Source: a virus
Taxonomy: Duplodnaviria > Caudoviricetes
Strand: one strand, 5' to 3'
IMG/VR virus record: IMGVR_UViG_3300014613_000002
Coordinates: 10,931 to 74,930 of that record
DNA length: 64,000 nt
Below are positions 27,941 through 37,897 of this stretch, one piece after another. Each line of letters begins with the position of its first letter. Position 1 is the first letter of the stretch. The position numbers were made by a program, and so were the translations under genes. The notes below the pieces were generated by a model. That model was not told the DNA's origin and did no database searches. It saw nothing but the letters and a program-made list of their open reading frames with translations.

Positions 27941-28096
27941 TCACTTCGTCTCCTTAAATTGCAACATAATATTCTCATCGCCCTTATCAGAATATGTTAT
28001 CTCCTGCTTACATACCATACAGTATATCCTGTAACCTTTCACAATAAAAGGTTGGTATTCACGGCAATTCGGACACCACGCCTTTCTTTCTGCCAA
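27941..28096 (-). CDS. Zn-ribbon protein (51 aa, TTG start)
   Basis: WCPNC...YCMVC. Confidence 0.55.
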   Translation of the reverse strand: MAERKAWCPNCREYQPFIVKGYRIYCMVCKQEITYSDKGDENIMLQFKETK

Positions 28097-28097
28097 C

Positions 28098-28277
28098 TTA
28101 CCTTCTTAGTTTTCTAATCTTGAGTGTTACTAGTGTTCCACCTACGCCTGCAATTGCTCCTATGATACCTATTATAGCGTAGAGCAGTTTTGACCCTTCA
28201 GGCTGTGTGTAGGAAACAGCTATGCCCAAGAGTGTCAAGCAGACTATTGCTACTACTAAAACTACTTCACTTCTCAT
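28098..28277 (-). CDS. Two-TM holin-like protein (59 aa)
   Basis: Two hydrophobic helices and basic tail KIRKLRR. Confidence 0.6.
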   Translation of the reverse strand: MRSEVVLVVAIVCLTLLGIAVSYTQPEGSKLLYAIIGIIGAIAGVGGTLVTLKIRKLRR

Positions 28278-28287
28278 GTCACTCCTT

Positions 28288-29133
28288 TTACTTCATTTTG
28301 TTAATCCCAAGTGCGCCATCAAAGATAGATGCTTTTGGCTCATGACCTTTCCCAACTCCCACATGGTCGCCTTGGTCTACCACCGTTCCAGCATCATAAT
28401 CTACTTTGAGAGCATGGCCTATTCGGTCTACGAATGTTATGTAAGCGGTCTGGTACATTGGTGGATACCCCAAATCTCCAGCACAAAAGATATGCCCATT
28501 CTGAGGTTCGAGAATATACCAGCTAGTCAGGTCATGCCAATCGCCACCCACATAAAATATGTTGTAGGCATGATTGCCTTTGCTCACTGAATCTCCACGA
28601 AGAATACATCCAGCACCCAATCCCTTGTAAGATGCCATTGCTGTGTCGGCGGAGAATCCACCACACATCATATCGTGGTATTCTGAAATCTTAGTCCAAG
28701 AGCCAGCATTCCCCTCAAACTCATCAATTCCATCTATCTTGAGCTTGATTAGATATAGTGGTATATCCTCCGTGTGTGGAAAGTGTGGTTCTTTGTAGGT
28801 CATATCTATTCCATACTCAGTCCTTATGTTGCTGCGAATTACTCCTAAGTCCTTACCACCAGCAATACCATCACCATCCTCGTCATAGTCCACTTCTTCG
28901 ATGGGAAGATAAGGTGCTGATTGGTCAATGAAAGGCAAGTGGAGTATCTTCTGGTAGGTCTTGCCATAGACTTTAGCAAACAGAACAAAATCAAATATAT
29001 TTACCTTCCCATCATTGTTGAAATCTGCCCTTGAATCAAACTTCTTGTCTCCCTTCTTGGAGTTATAGCAAGAGGCAAACCTCACAAAATCATGAATGCC
29101 TATCTTGCCATCGTTGTCAAAGTCGCCCTTCAT
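28288..29133 (-). CDS. Dockerin-like EF-hand pair plus transglutaminase-like cysteine peptidase
   Basis: GDFDNDGKIG, DFNNDGKVNIFD; CGGFS...HAYN...WYILEPQ. Confidence 0.7.
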   Translation of the reverse strand: MKGDFDNDGKIGIHDFVRFASCYNSKKGDKKFDSRADFNNDGKVNIFDFVLFAKVYGKTYQKILHLPFIDQSAPYLPIEEVDYDEDGDGIAGGKDLGVIRSNIRTEYGIDMTYKEPHFPHTEDIPLYLIKLKIDGIDEFEGNAGSWTKISEYHDMMCGGFSADTAMASYKGLGAGCILRGDSVSKGNHAYNIFYVGGDWHDLTSWYILEPQNGHIFCAGDLGYPPMYQTAYITFVDRIGHALKVDYDAGTVVDQGDHVGVGKGHEPKASIFDGALGINKMK

Positions 29134-29134
29134 G

Positions 29135-29335
29135 CTACTCCTTGCTTTCCTCTTTTGCCATTATCATGTCATAATGCCAGTGAATACACCTAAGCTCATT
29201 GAGTATTAAAACCAGAGCTGCCTCCATTTCAGGTATCCTCTGAGTCTGGGCGTAGCCCTCAATAGCACCACGTGTTCCCTCTATGATCTCAATCATAGTC
29301 TTAGGGTGTTCTATTTCTTTCTTTCCGTTTACCAT
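29135..29335 (-). CDS. Hypothetical protein
   Basis: Operon ORF. Confidence 0.5.
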   Translation of the reverse strand: MVNGKKEIEHPKTMIEIIEGTRGAIEGYAQTQRIPEMEAALVLILNELRCIHWHYDMIMAKEESKE

Positions 29336-29344
29336 TTTATCCTC

Positions 29345-30865
29345 CTATGCCTTTTGAATAAAGATTACTTCATAATACGCTGGTCTTCCCTCATCTGTGC
29401 TCCAAGGATTATGTGTATGGTCGCCAGGGTCACTTAATGTTGTATGAGTATGAGCATTCTCGCTATTATAAGTATGTGAGTGATTACCAGCAGCCAATTG
29501 CGAAGTTGGATAATTAGCACCACCTCCTGCTGCCTCAAAGTTAGTTGTGGTATGTGTATGGTTTCCTAAGGTGTTCGTAGCAGCGTGTTGATGTGCTCCA
29601 GCCGAAGTCTGTGAATGTGCTGAATGAGCACCAGCATTTTGGTCGGTATGAGTGTGGGTATCAGAGCCTCCTCCCCCACCAGGGTCAACTCCTGCATTTG
29701 AACCTCTAAGGAACTTACTCAGCATATTGGGTCTGGTATCGCCACCATCACACTGATTATATCCTACAGGGATATTTGCCAAAAGACCTGTCCATACCAC
29801 GATGCCATTTGCAGGAATTGATGTTGCTCCTCCATCGTTAATGATATATGCCACATCATAATAAGCAGGGAGAGAGGAGGCAACAACTACAGTGTGAGCG
29901 TGGCTACCATCATCACCCATAGGATTATGATTGTGGGTATCTATAGTATTACTATTAGCATGAGTATGGTCTCCAGCATGAGTATCAGTTTGTAGTAGTA
30001 TAGTGGTATCTGTCCCGATTAGACCATACTCGTCATTATGGGTATGCGTCCAGGTAAAGGCACTAAATGTATGGAAATGGGCAGCGGCATTATCCATCGT
30101 GTGGCTATGAGCAGCTTGGGCAGTCTCAGTATGTAAATGTGTTGCTGTTCCACCAGTCGTGCCAGGTTCAGTGACATTTGTATTAACCCCTCTAATAAAG
30201 CGAGAGCGTAAGTCTGGTCTTCCATCACCACTATCACAAAGCGACCAGCCAGCAGGTATAGCAGCTAATGTTCCTGCCCAAATAATTATTAAATTGGCTG
30301 CCACTGCTGCACCAGCACCTGCCTGTATAAAAGCTACTTCATAATAAGGAGGACGACCATCATCAGTGCTCAAGAGATGAGTGTGGTCGAGAGTTGCATC
30401 CATCGTGTGTGAATGCACTGCTGAATTTGTTGTGTGCTGATGTGCACCAGCACCATCACCATTAAATCTAGTTGAGCCATCACTAGCTACTCCAGTAGTA
30501 GCAGTCCTATGTACGTGAACGCCTGCACTAACTACTACATGAGTATGAGACTGGTCTGCAGTAGTATGAGTATGTGCTCCTGCAGCAGTCATAGTAGCAT
30601 GGGTATGAGTATCTGCTCCACCAGTAGTTCCTGCTTCAGTAGCAGCAGGTGCACCTCTTATAAACCTTGCAACGAGATTGGGTGTAGTACCACCACCGTC
30701 ACAGAGAGTCCAGTTTGCAGGAATATTACCAAGCGTACCACTCCACATAACAACAACTTCTTGTGCTAGAGGAATAGCCCATATTACCCCTTTTACCTTA
30801 GCTATATTGGCTGCAAGCACTCCCATTATTTTGGCTGGATTAGTCACACCACTTATTTTAGCCAT
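29345..30865 (-). CDS. Fiber with three tail-collar-like domains and His-x-His repeats
   Basis: Three W.G....IP..W..CD....P.....F.RG units, each followed by about 7 HxH motifs. Confidence 0.8.
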   Translation of the reverse strand: MAKISGVTNPAKIMGVLAANIAKVKGVIWAIPLAQEVVVMWSGTLGNIPANWTLCDGGGTTPNLVARFIRGAPAATEAGTTGGADTHTHATMTAAGAHTHTTADQSHTHVVVSAGVHVHRTATTGVASDGSTRFNGDGAGAHQHTTNSAVHSHTMDATLDHTHLLSTDDGRPPYYEVAFIQAGAGAAVAANLIIIWAGTLAAIPAGWSLCDSGDGRPDLRSRFIRGVNTNVTEPGTTGGTATHLHTETAQAAHSHTMDNAAAHFHTFSAFTWTHTHNDEYGLIGTDTTILLQTDTHAGDHTHANSNTIDTHNHNPMGDDGSHAHTVVVASSLPAYYDVAYIINDGGATSIPANGIVVWTGLLANIPVGYNQCDGGDTRPNMLSKFLRGSNAGVDPGGGGGSDTHTHTDQNAGAHSAHSQTSAGAHQHAATNTLGNHTHTTTNFEAAGGGANYPTSQLAAGNHSHTYNSENAHTHTTLSDPGDHTHNPWSTDEGRPAYYEVIFIQKA

Positions 30866-31362
30866 TAAGCAATCTCCACAAGTTCCAGTGAAGGATTAAA
30901 ATAAATTATATGAACTCCAATTATGCACTTACCAAGACACTGCACCTGCTCGCCACTATCCGCAGGTAATACATTATCAAAAGCACCAGCAACAGTATCA
31001 CTCACATAGAGCATATCGCCAAGAGTAAAGGTAAGTATGGTATCCTCTCGGAAGAAACCAATAAGTAGAAATTCCCCCCAAGCATCAGCAGCAAGTGTGG
31101 CCTCACAAGCCATGGCTATGGCAGGCATCGTACCCGCTGCATTGGACTGAGCTAACCACAGTTTACCATCGTTCTTCACATAGACAAGCTCGGTTCTGGT
31201 TATTATTTCACCAGCCTGTAATGTAGCAGTAAGCCCCGACCAGGTTTGGTCAGAAGTAAGGTTTGCGATTAGGTTTATGTTCATGCCTGAAGCTAAGTCA
31301 AGGCCAGCAGCTTCACAGGCTGATACTGCCCCAGCAGCAGTTACTAAAGCTCCTATCTTCAT
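30865..31362 (-). CDS. Capsid-cement/beta-tulip-like structural protein
   Basis: AGEII...LVYV..DGKLWLA...PAIAMA...GDMLYVSDT.AG. Confidence 0.6.
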   Translation of the reverse strand: MKIGALVTAAGAVSACEAAGLDLASGMNINLIANLTSDQTWSGLTATLQAGEIITRTELVYVKNDGKLWLAQSNAAGTMPAIAMACEATLAADAWGEFLLIGFFREDTILTFTLGDMLYVSDTVAGAFDNVLPADSGEQVQCLGKCIIGVHIIYFNPSLELVEIA

Positions 31363-31378
31363 TATCTACTCTACTCCT

Positions 31379-31894
31379 TCACATATCATACTTTAGGCAT
31401 ATATCAATGACTATCACCCCAGCCACATAGCCAGCAGCACCAACATTGGCTGTCCTGCTCAAGGTTACGGAGACATTATCCCCGTAAGCAATTGGGCAGG
31501 TGGCGTGGTCGTAATCCAGGACTATTGGCACCATATGGAAGCTGCCAGCGCCATTATAGGCCTCGATATTATGATTTACTCCTGGAGTCTGTGTTGCAGC
31601 AGTATCCACATCCTCGTGGTCGGCAACGCTTATTATCGATGTCTCCCAGTCTATCAGGTCATTGGCAGTCTCATCCGCATCAAGCACGCAGTGGAGTATA
31701 AGTTCAAGGTCACTCTCACCATTCCAACCTTTAGGAATGCAGAATTGGACATAGAGGATTTCCGCATCAGCGGAGAATAAGAAGCCAGCAACCCCATTGC
31801 GCACGGCTGCCACAGGTGACGCAACGCCCTTCCTGAAGTTCTCCATTGGGAGCCTTTCTGTTACGCCTTCCAATTTCCAGTCTCCCACTTTCAT
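31379..31894 (-). CDS. Beta-sandwich structural protein
   Basis: LYVQFCIPKGWNGESDLELIL. Confidence 0.5.
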   Translation of the reverse strand: MKVGDWKLEGVTERLPMENFRKGVASPVAAVRNGVAGFLFSADAEILYVQFCIPKGWNGESDLELILHCVLDADETANDLIDWETSIISVADHEDVDTAATQTPGVNHNIEAYNGAGSFHMVPIVLDYDHATCPIAYGDNVSVTLSRTANVGAAGYVAGVIVIDICLKYDM

Positions 31895-31895
31895 T

Positions 31896-33242
31896 TTAAT
31901 CCCACGGGCTTATTATGTAGGCGTCAATGACCCCATTGCTGTCATCGGTAGCGTATGCCTCAAGTGCCAATGCGAATCCCTGGTCACCAGCGGCAGCCTT
32001 CATAGCTATACAAGCAGTGGTAAATGCCCCCAGTATGTCGTCAATGGCAATGTCAATAGTTCCGTTAACCTTGAGTACAGCCGTGAAACCCTTTACCAGC
32101 ACATAGCCACTGGCATCATCCTCAATCGTTTCGGCGACCATGCCGTAAACCTTGTCATCTCCTTGCGTGACTGTTGTGGTAAACTCGACTGCTGTCGCTA
32201 TCCCCTTAATGATTACCACATCACCAGCCACTCTCTGGGAGCCAGAAGTGTTTTTGACATGGATGTAATGCTTATACTGGATTACATCAATCTCACGGTT
32301 GTCGTCTTGGACTATTGTCAGAGTCCCAGCGTCATTGAAGTTGGCTGTCTTGCCTGCATCGTGGAGGTCATTGCCCTGGATGATGTTCTTATCGCTGGCA
32401 ACATCCGATATGTTAATTCCATACCTTGGCTTATTTCCAAGAGCACCTTGCCTGCATACATTATTAGCGATGAGGTTGTAGTCGCTACCACCAAGGAAAA
32501 TATTATCATATGTATTATCTGCTGCCTGCGAATTCTCAAGACAGGTATTCCCTATGATGGTGTTGCTGTTGCTGTCGACGAGATAAATCCCGTAGCTATT
32601 CTCCTGACAAGTGTTGCCAATAATAGTGTTGTTACCGTTGATGAAAAAGTAAATTCCCACCCCGTCATTCCCCTGACAAGTGTTGCCACTAATAGTATTG
32701 TTATTGCTATTGGTAGGACAAATTCCACGGTTGTTCTCCTGACAGATATTGTTCACTATCTGGTTGAAGTCTGAATTGTCGAGATAAACACCACTATAAT
32801 AATCGCTGCCGTTATGCCTTCTTGAGTAGACATTTTGGATAAGGGAGTAGTCTACATACTCGAAGTAGATTCCACAGTTGCTTACCCTCCCAACACCACC
32901 ATCAATTTGCAAGTCAGCAATGACTATATGCACCTTCTCAGTACCAGCACCACCCACAGCACTAAGGAACACAAGGTCAGCAGTAGAAGTAGTCAGGATA
33001 GTATTCCTACCGCACCCTCTGAGGGTTTGGTAAGAGTCAAGGTCAATTTGGACTTCACAGTTGTAAGTTCCATCAAGCAGGAATACCTCCCCACCAGTAG
33101 CAGGGAGGGCATCCAGGGCTTCCTGAATAGCCAAATGGTCATTTACGCCTGTGCATACTAGGTTAGCCGCACTCTTATTCAAGCTATCACTGGCAGCTAT
33201 CACCAGTGTGGCAGTCATTGCGCCTTTGTTCTCAATTGTCAT
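31896..33242 (-). CDS. Right-handed beta-helix (pectin-lyase-like) spike with C-terminal beta-tulip-like domain
   Basis: N..I.GN.C..N repeats. Confidence 0.8.
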   Translation of the reverse strand: MTIENKGAMTATLVIAASDSLNKSAANLVCTGVNDHLAIQEALDALPATGGEVFLLDGTYNCEVQIDLDSYQTLRGCGRNTILTTSTADLVFLSAVGGAGTEKVHIVIADLQIDGGVGRVSNCGIYFEYVDYSLIQNVYSRRHNGSDYYSGVYLDNSDFNQIVNNICQENNRGICPTNSNNNTISGNTCQGNDGVGIYFFINGNNTIIGNTCQENSYGIYLVDSNSNTIIGNTCLENSQAADNTYDNIFLGGSDYNLIANNVCRQGALGNKPRYGINISDVASDKNIIQGNDLHDAGKTANFNDAGTLTIVQDDNREIDVIQYKHYIHVKNTSGSQRVAGDVVIIKGIATAVEFTTTVTQGDDKVYGMVAETIEDDASGYVLVKGFTAVLKVNGTIDIAIDDILGAFTTACIAMKAAAGDQGFALALEAYATDDSNGVIDAYIISPWD

Positions 33243-33243
33243 A

Positions 33244-33444
33244 TTACATCTCCGCCTTCACTGAATGTCCGTCACTGCATTTTATTGCTATACTATTTCC
33301 GCTGCTATTCTTGCCCAGAGACAGTGTTGACTTGCCATTCTGCATCAGCTTAACACCGTTATCATTCCTAATAACTTGTGCTGTTAGCTTATGGCATACA
33401 GGGCAAAATATCATTTTGTTGGTAGCCAATTTAATCCTCTGCAC
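33244..33444 (-). CDS. Small Zn-binding protein
   Basis: FCPVC...KCSDGH. Confidence 0.5.
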   Translation of the reverse strand: MQRIKLATNKMIFCPVCHKLTAQVIRNDNGVKLMQNGKSTLSLGKNSSGNSIAIKCSDGHSVKAEM

Positions 33445-33616
33445 CTTTCAGAACTGCTTCCTTTATCAATAGGATTTGGTTACTGATACAATATGTGCCT
33501 TTCTTTATAGGCATAGTAATTGTAGGAATAGGCATACCGTATTTACGGTGTATCTCCCGTATATCTAGTTGGCACTGGTTAAGGTCTTCTACTCTTACCT
33601 CATAATTCTTGCCCAT
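33431..33616 (-). CDS. Hypothetical protein
   Basis: RBS. Confidence 0.5.
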   Translation of the reverse strand: MGKNYEVRVEDLNQCQLDIREIHRKYGMPIPTITMPIKKGTYCISNQILLIKEAVLKGAED

Positions 33617-33631
33617 TTCACCTCCTTTGTT

Positions 33632-35518
33632 TTAGACATATTGCAACCTCAATCCTAATAAATAACAATTAGCATCAACAGTATCAAGAGCATCACTGGC
33701 TTCTCTGGTAAATGTCATACCAACCAGGTCACCAGCAGCTATAGGGTCTAATGCACCACTCACATCAATGCAGTTAATATCATTAATAGTTACTGCTACT
33801 TGCCCAGCAGCTATGGTATCCGTGTGGTTATTGTAATTTTCACCAGTGCAAACTTTACCCCAATTAGCAGTAAATGTTCTCCTTAAATTACCTGCGCCAC
33901 CTGGCACTATCATCACTTGGGCTCTTACAAGCTCTGTGAAATTGTTTGGGATATAGAACTCAAACCTGCTCATCACATCTATGCCATCAGTCAACAACTC
34001 GGCAGGATGAGTCCCTATGCTAGAGCTGGGGTTGGGCACTGGGACAAAGATATAAGGAAGAACTGTAGTGGTTCCACTATCAAGAATCTGGCCAGTGACA
34101 TTAGCCAGTAGTTTGTTGTTCTCGACCACATTATTGATACAGCTTGCGGCAACTATCTCAATGCCATAATCATCATTTACATCGCAGTAGTTATCCTTAA
34201 TTAGACAGTCACTGTTGTTAGCCATAAGAGCAATACCACTTCCCATACCCTTGTAGCAACGATTACCTATAATTTGCGCCTCGTTAGCTCCATCTTCAAG
34301 CTGGATACCATCTTCTTGCCTTGTGCCATCGCCTGAGCAGAAGTTACTATTTATCTGGCATCTATCCGCACCACTACTAAGGTTGATTCCATGGTAAGTA
34401 CCAGCAACAAGATAGCTGTTCTGGTAGCAGTAATTATCGTTTATGCTACACTCGACACCATCGGTATTTATGCCATGCTGAGTATTCTGGTGGCAGATAT
34501 TATTATTGAGGGAGTTTCTACTACCACCATTACGGATTCCATCAAGAGAACTGGTACAACAATGATTCCCTTCTACTATATTATCTTCCGAAGCACCATC
34601 TAGGTAAATACCACTTGAAGCATTACCATAGCAGTTATTACCTGAAATAATACATCTGATGGAAGTAGATAATTCTATACCATCGTCACCGTTGCCATAG
34701 CAGGTATTGTCAGTTATGCCACAGTAGTTAGAAGTACCAAGCAGAATGCCCTCTGCGATTGAAGCAAGGCACAAATTACCGCTTATCTCAGAATTGCTCG
34801 TGTCTAGTAGCTGTATCGCACGGTCACCGGCCTGATAGATGATGTTATCAGCTATAGTGCAATAGTTTTGATTCCCGGTATTGCCAAAGAAAATTCCAGT
34901 GCTACCTGTGCCGACAATAGTGTTGAGGGTTATCTGTGCTCGCAATAGTGCGTTGGCACCATCCATATCGGCATATATGCCATGGACATCGGCATCCTCT
35001 ATCGTAACATCGTGAATGGATAGGTCGTAAATTGTAGTGCCCTCAATGTGGATGGCATCACTATCGCTGTTTACAATGACAATCTCTTCAATATGGCAAT
35101 TGTTAGAGCCGTCCTCGATAAATATGCAGTGACAGACCTTCCCACCACCATCCTCGGTCTGTATAGCTAGATTCTTAACGATGCAATCAGCTACACTTGA
35201 AATGACAATGCCGTGCTCGCCAGTAGCAAGCCCATCTCCATCTATGAAAGTGGAGCGACCTTGGCCCTCTAAAGTGATATTATTTGCTGGAATGATGATA
35301 GGGTTAGCTAGATTGAAAGTGCCCTCGGATAGAATTACCCTTCCTTCACTGGCAGGGAGAGCATTAAGAGCTAGGTTGATTTGAACATCATCTGCCACTC
35401 CATCGCAAAGGAAATCAGCTTGTGCCCTTGACCTGTCAAGAGCATTATTTGCGGCAACAAATAGCGTAGCTACTCTCGGAGGCAGCCACATTCCTTGAGG
35501 AACACTTTCTCCTGGCAT
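33632..35518 (-). CDS. Right-handed beta-helix spike with C-terminal beta-sandwich
   Basis: NosD-like repeats; N-terminus homologous to 31896-33242 (ATL..AA...L..S.A...C.GV.D...I..AL.ALPA). Confidence 0.8.
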   Translation of the reverse strand: MPGESVPQGMWLPPRVATLFVAANNALDRSRAQADFLCDGVADDVQINLALNALPASEGRVILSEGTFNLANPIIIPANNITLEGQGRSTFIDGDGLATGEHGIVISSVADCIVKNLAIQTEDGGGKVCHCIFIEDGSNNCHIEEIVIVNSDSDAIHIEGTTIYDLSIHDVTIEDADVHGIYADMDGANALLRAQITLNTIVGTGSTGIFFGNTGNQNYCTIADNIIYQAGDRAIQLLDTSNSEISGNLCLASIAEGILLGTSNYCGITDNTCYGNGDDGIELSTSIRCIISGNNCYGNASSGIYLDGASEDNIVEGNHCCTSSLDGIRNGGSRNSLNNNICHQNTQHGINTDGVECSINDNYCYQNSYLVAGTYHGINLSSGADRCQINSNFCSGDGTRQEDGIQLEDGANEAQIIGNRCYKGMGSGIALMANNSDCLIKDNYCDVNDDYGIEIVAASCINNVVENNKLLANVTGQILDSGTTTVLPYIFVPVPNPSSSIGTHPAELLTDGIDVMSRFEFYIPNNFTELVRAQVMIVPGGAGNLRRTFTANWGKVCTGENYNNHTDTIAAGQVAVTINDINCIDVSGALDPIAAGDLVGMTFTREASDALDTVDANCYLLGLRLQYV

Positions 35519-35527
35519 ATCATCTCC

Positions 35528-36202
35528 TTATTGGGTAGCAGCAACTATCTCCTGTAATCTCAAAACTTGGCAGGTCGTATTAATCGAATAAACATAATTT
35601 ATAGTATCACCAGCTGAAACTAGCAAATCAAAGAAAAATAACGACCCTGCTGTTAATACAACCCCATGATTAAAAGCTAAAGTTTGCGTATTTCCGCCAC
35701 GAATAATCGTTGCTGAAAAAACTCCAGCTCCCAAAAAGCCAACTTGCACCCTGAAAAGGCATGGTGTATTAAGTGGGGCAATAGCTGCACCTAGAATGGC
35801 AACGCCCCCAACTACAGCTACGTTATGTACTTCAGCCCGAGCCAGTGGGCTAAGTGGGCTGGCTACTCTTTTTATCGAGTAAGTATCACCTGCAACAACC
35901 GCTGCAGGTAAGGGATTGGTGGCAAAATTCAGGGTGTTAGCAGCATTGGAATCAAGCTCTCTGGTGTATGAAATGCCGGTAGAAATGTCCAGTATCTCGA
36001 CCATAGCATCTTCCCATATATTAACCTGCCAGCCTTTGGTAGTATCAATAAGGGTGCTGATAGTTCCACCAGTAGCTACGCCAGAATCAATGGCAGTATC
36101 AGCCACAGTAACAAAAAGACTCCCATCTGGCCCAACTCTAACTGGTATCCAAGTTACTCCTGTTGCTGGTGTTTCACATCCCCAAATCTTTACTCCTGGC
36201 AT
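35528..36202 (-). CDS. Beta-rich structural protein
   Basis: Position and composition. Confidence 0.55.
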   Translation of the reverse strand: MPGVKIWGCETPATGVTWIPVRVGPDGSLFVTVADTAIDSGVATGGTISTLIDTTKGWQVNIWEDAMVEILDISTGISYTRELDSNAANTLNFATNPLPAAVVAGDTYSIKRVASPLSPLARAEVHNVAVVGGVAILGAAIAPLNTPCLFRVQVGFLGAGVFSATIIRGGNTQTLAFNHGVVLTAGSLFFFDLLVSAGDTINYVYSINTTCQVLRLQEIVAATQ

Positions 36203-36213
36203 TTCAATCTCCT

Positions 36214-36996
36214 TTATTCCACTGGATTAGCTGGCTCATTCTGAGTGATGATAGCACTATCCACGTATGCTGTTGACACATTATCACTGTTATTGGTTAT
36301 TGCGAAAGACATATAAAGGTATGGTGGGACAGGAGACCCAAAAGACTGAATAGCTATACCTGACATATCAAAAGCTGTATTATTGATTATAAACCTTACA
36401 TACTCATCTTTAGTAAAGTCTATCACCAGTTTCATGACATTAAATACATCATCATATGTGGTAACAGTCCCTTCCAATGGTACATAGACTCCTCCAGAGT
36501 TGCGATACCAGCACAAGTCAGAGACTCTATCGTAGTGAACACTACCAAAGTGTTGTAGGACACCATCATACAGTATGATATTCATGTGGACTCTAGATAG
36601 GAAGTGGTCGTGCTGAGTAGCAATCTCAAATCCTATCTTACTAAGAACAGGGTAAGCACATCGCTTTGCTATCTGGTAGGAATAACCTTCAAGGTCATTT
36701 GTGTAAAGTTTAAGACAAAAACCTCCATGAAGTGCATGATTGCCTTCCCAGGCGATACCTCCTCCAGCACCTCCAGTAGGTTCCCATTTAAGTATTCCAT
36801 CTTCAAAGCTATCTAAGAAGATGATATTGCCCCTGCGGTCAAACGTATCTATGCTCTTTAGTCTAGCAGCCAGCTCGCCTACATCAGTTGAGGTGTAAAC
36901 TGGGCCAACAGCCACCTGCCCTGTAGGCTGTGGCTGGGCATAGTCGGGAAGTCCATAGCCTCTTGTTCTTACTGTGTAAGTTTCTATTACTGCCAT
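36214..36996 (-). CDS. Concanavalin/jelly-roll-like structural protein
   Basis: FLDSFEDG...FCLKL; beta-rich. Confidence 0.55.
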   Translation of the reverse strand: MAVIETYTVRTRGYGLPDYAQPQPTGQVAVGPVYTSTDVGELAARLKSIDTFDRRGNIIFLDSFEDGILKWEPTGGAGGGIAWEGNHALHGGFCLKLYTNDLEGYSYQIAKRCAYPVLSKIGFEIATQHDHFLSRVHMNIILYDGVLQHFGSVHYDRVSDLCWYRNSGGVYVPLEGTVTTYDDVFNVMKLVIDFTKDEYVRFIINNTAFDMSGIAIQSFGSPVPPYLYMSFAITNNSDNVSTAYVDSAIITQNEPANPVE

Positions 36997-36997
36997 C

Positions 36998-37516
36998 TTA
37001 ATTTCCCTCTATTGTGACAATACACGATACTGTATGAGCAGCAGCACCATCGTGATTATCCATTATGCACCAAACAGCCTCTTCCCGCTTGCACATCTCA
37101 GAAGTGGGGAAAGTAGGGCAAGCGTCGTTAAGGGCAATAAAGCCAGAGATGGGGCATATTTGCTTATATCCATGCCCAAAGGCCATATCCACATTCCCGT
37201 TACAGTTTAAGGGAAAGTGCATTGTGACTGATGTTATGGCACCGTCAAGCGGCACCATATCCTCAAGTCTTACTCCCTGATTTATCGCTAATGTCTGTTG
37301 AAAAACTATTTGCTGTGTTTGTAACGGCATAATGTATCCTACCTCCTTTAGCTCACGGAGCAAGCTACCAAGTGATTCGACTGGGGCTTGAATGGCAAGA
37401 AGTTGCTTGACAGCAAAGTCCAACCGTTCATCAGCCCCAGTCAGATTGTCTCCAATCGACTCAAGCCAGCTAACATTCTGCTTGAGGTAGTTCTCGTACT
37501 CCTCGTAAGAAGCCAT
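36998..37516 (-). CDS. Structural protein with C-terminal jelly-roll-like domain
   Basis: Helical N-half, beta C-half. Confidence 0.5.
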   Translation of the reverse strand: MASYEEYENYLKQNVSWLESIGDNLTGADERLDFAVKQLLAIQAPVESLGSLLRELKEVGYIMPLQTQQIVFQQTLAINQGVRLEDMVPLDGAITSVTMHFPLNCNGNVDMAFGHGYKQICPISGFIALNDACPTFPTSEMCKREEAVWCIMDNHDGAAAHTVSCIVTIEGN

Positions 37517-37528
37517 TTGCTACCTCCT

Positions 37529-37882
37529 TTAGCCTATGTCGTCAACTTCTATGAGCACATCCATTGTTGTGCCAACACCAGCGTTGGCAGACCTAGCATA
37601 GATGTTGCTCTGGAACTCATACTGAGGAATCTCCCACTCACTAAGCTGCTCATCAAAAGGAGTAAGGATGTAAATTTCAGGCATCCTCGGAGTCCATACA
37701 GCAGCAATAACCTCGCCAAAAATCACTGTGTCATTGGCTCCAGTGTTGTTCATCAGCATGATTTTCTTGATTTTGGCAGTTCTGCCTTGACTGAGTGTGT
37801 AGATTAAGGCCTCATTTCCTGCTCCTGCGGCAGCAATGCTTACAAGCTGGGAAGTTTTTCTAACATGCGTTATTTCTTCCAT
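37529..37882 (-). CDS. Small jelly-roll-like structural protein
   Basis: LIYTL..GRTAKIKKIMLMN. Confidence 0.5.
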   Translation of the reverse strand: MEEITHVRKTSQLVSIAAAGAGNEALIYTLSQGRTAKIKKIMLMNNTGANDTVIFGEVIAAVWTPRMPEIYILTPFDEQLSEWEIPQYEFQSNIYARSANAGVGTTMDVLIEVDDIG

Positions 37883-37897
37883 TTAATCATTACCTCC

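Noticed and set aside
31797-32774. 325-aa plus-strand ORF
   Set aside because: Shadow of the repetitive beta-helix gene on the opposite strand.
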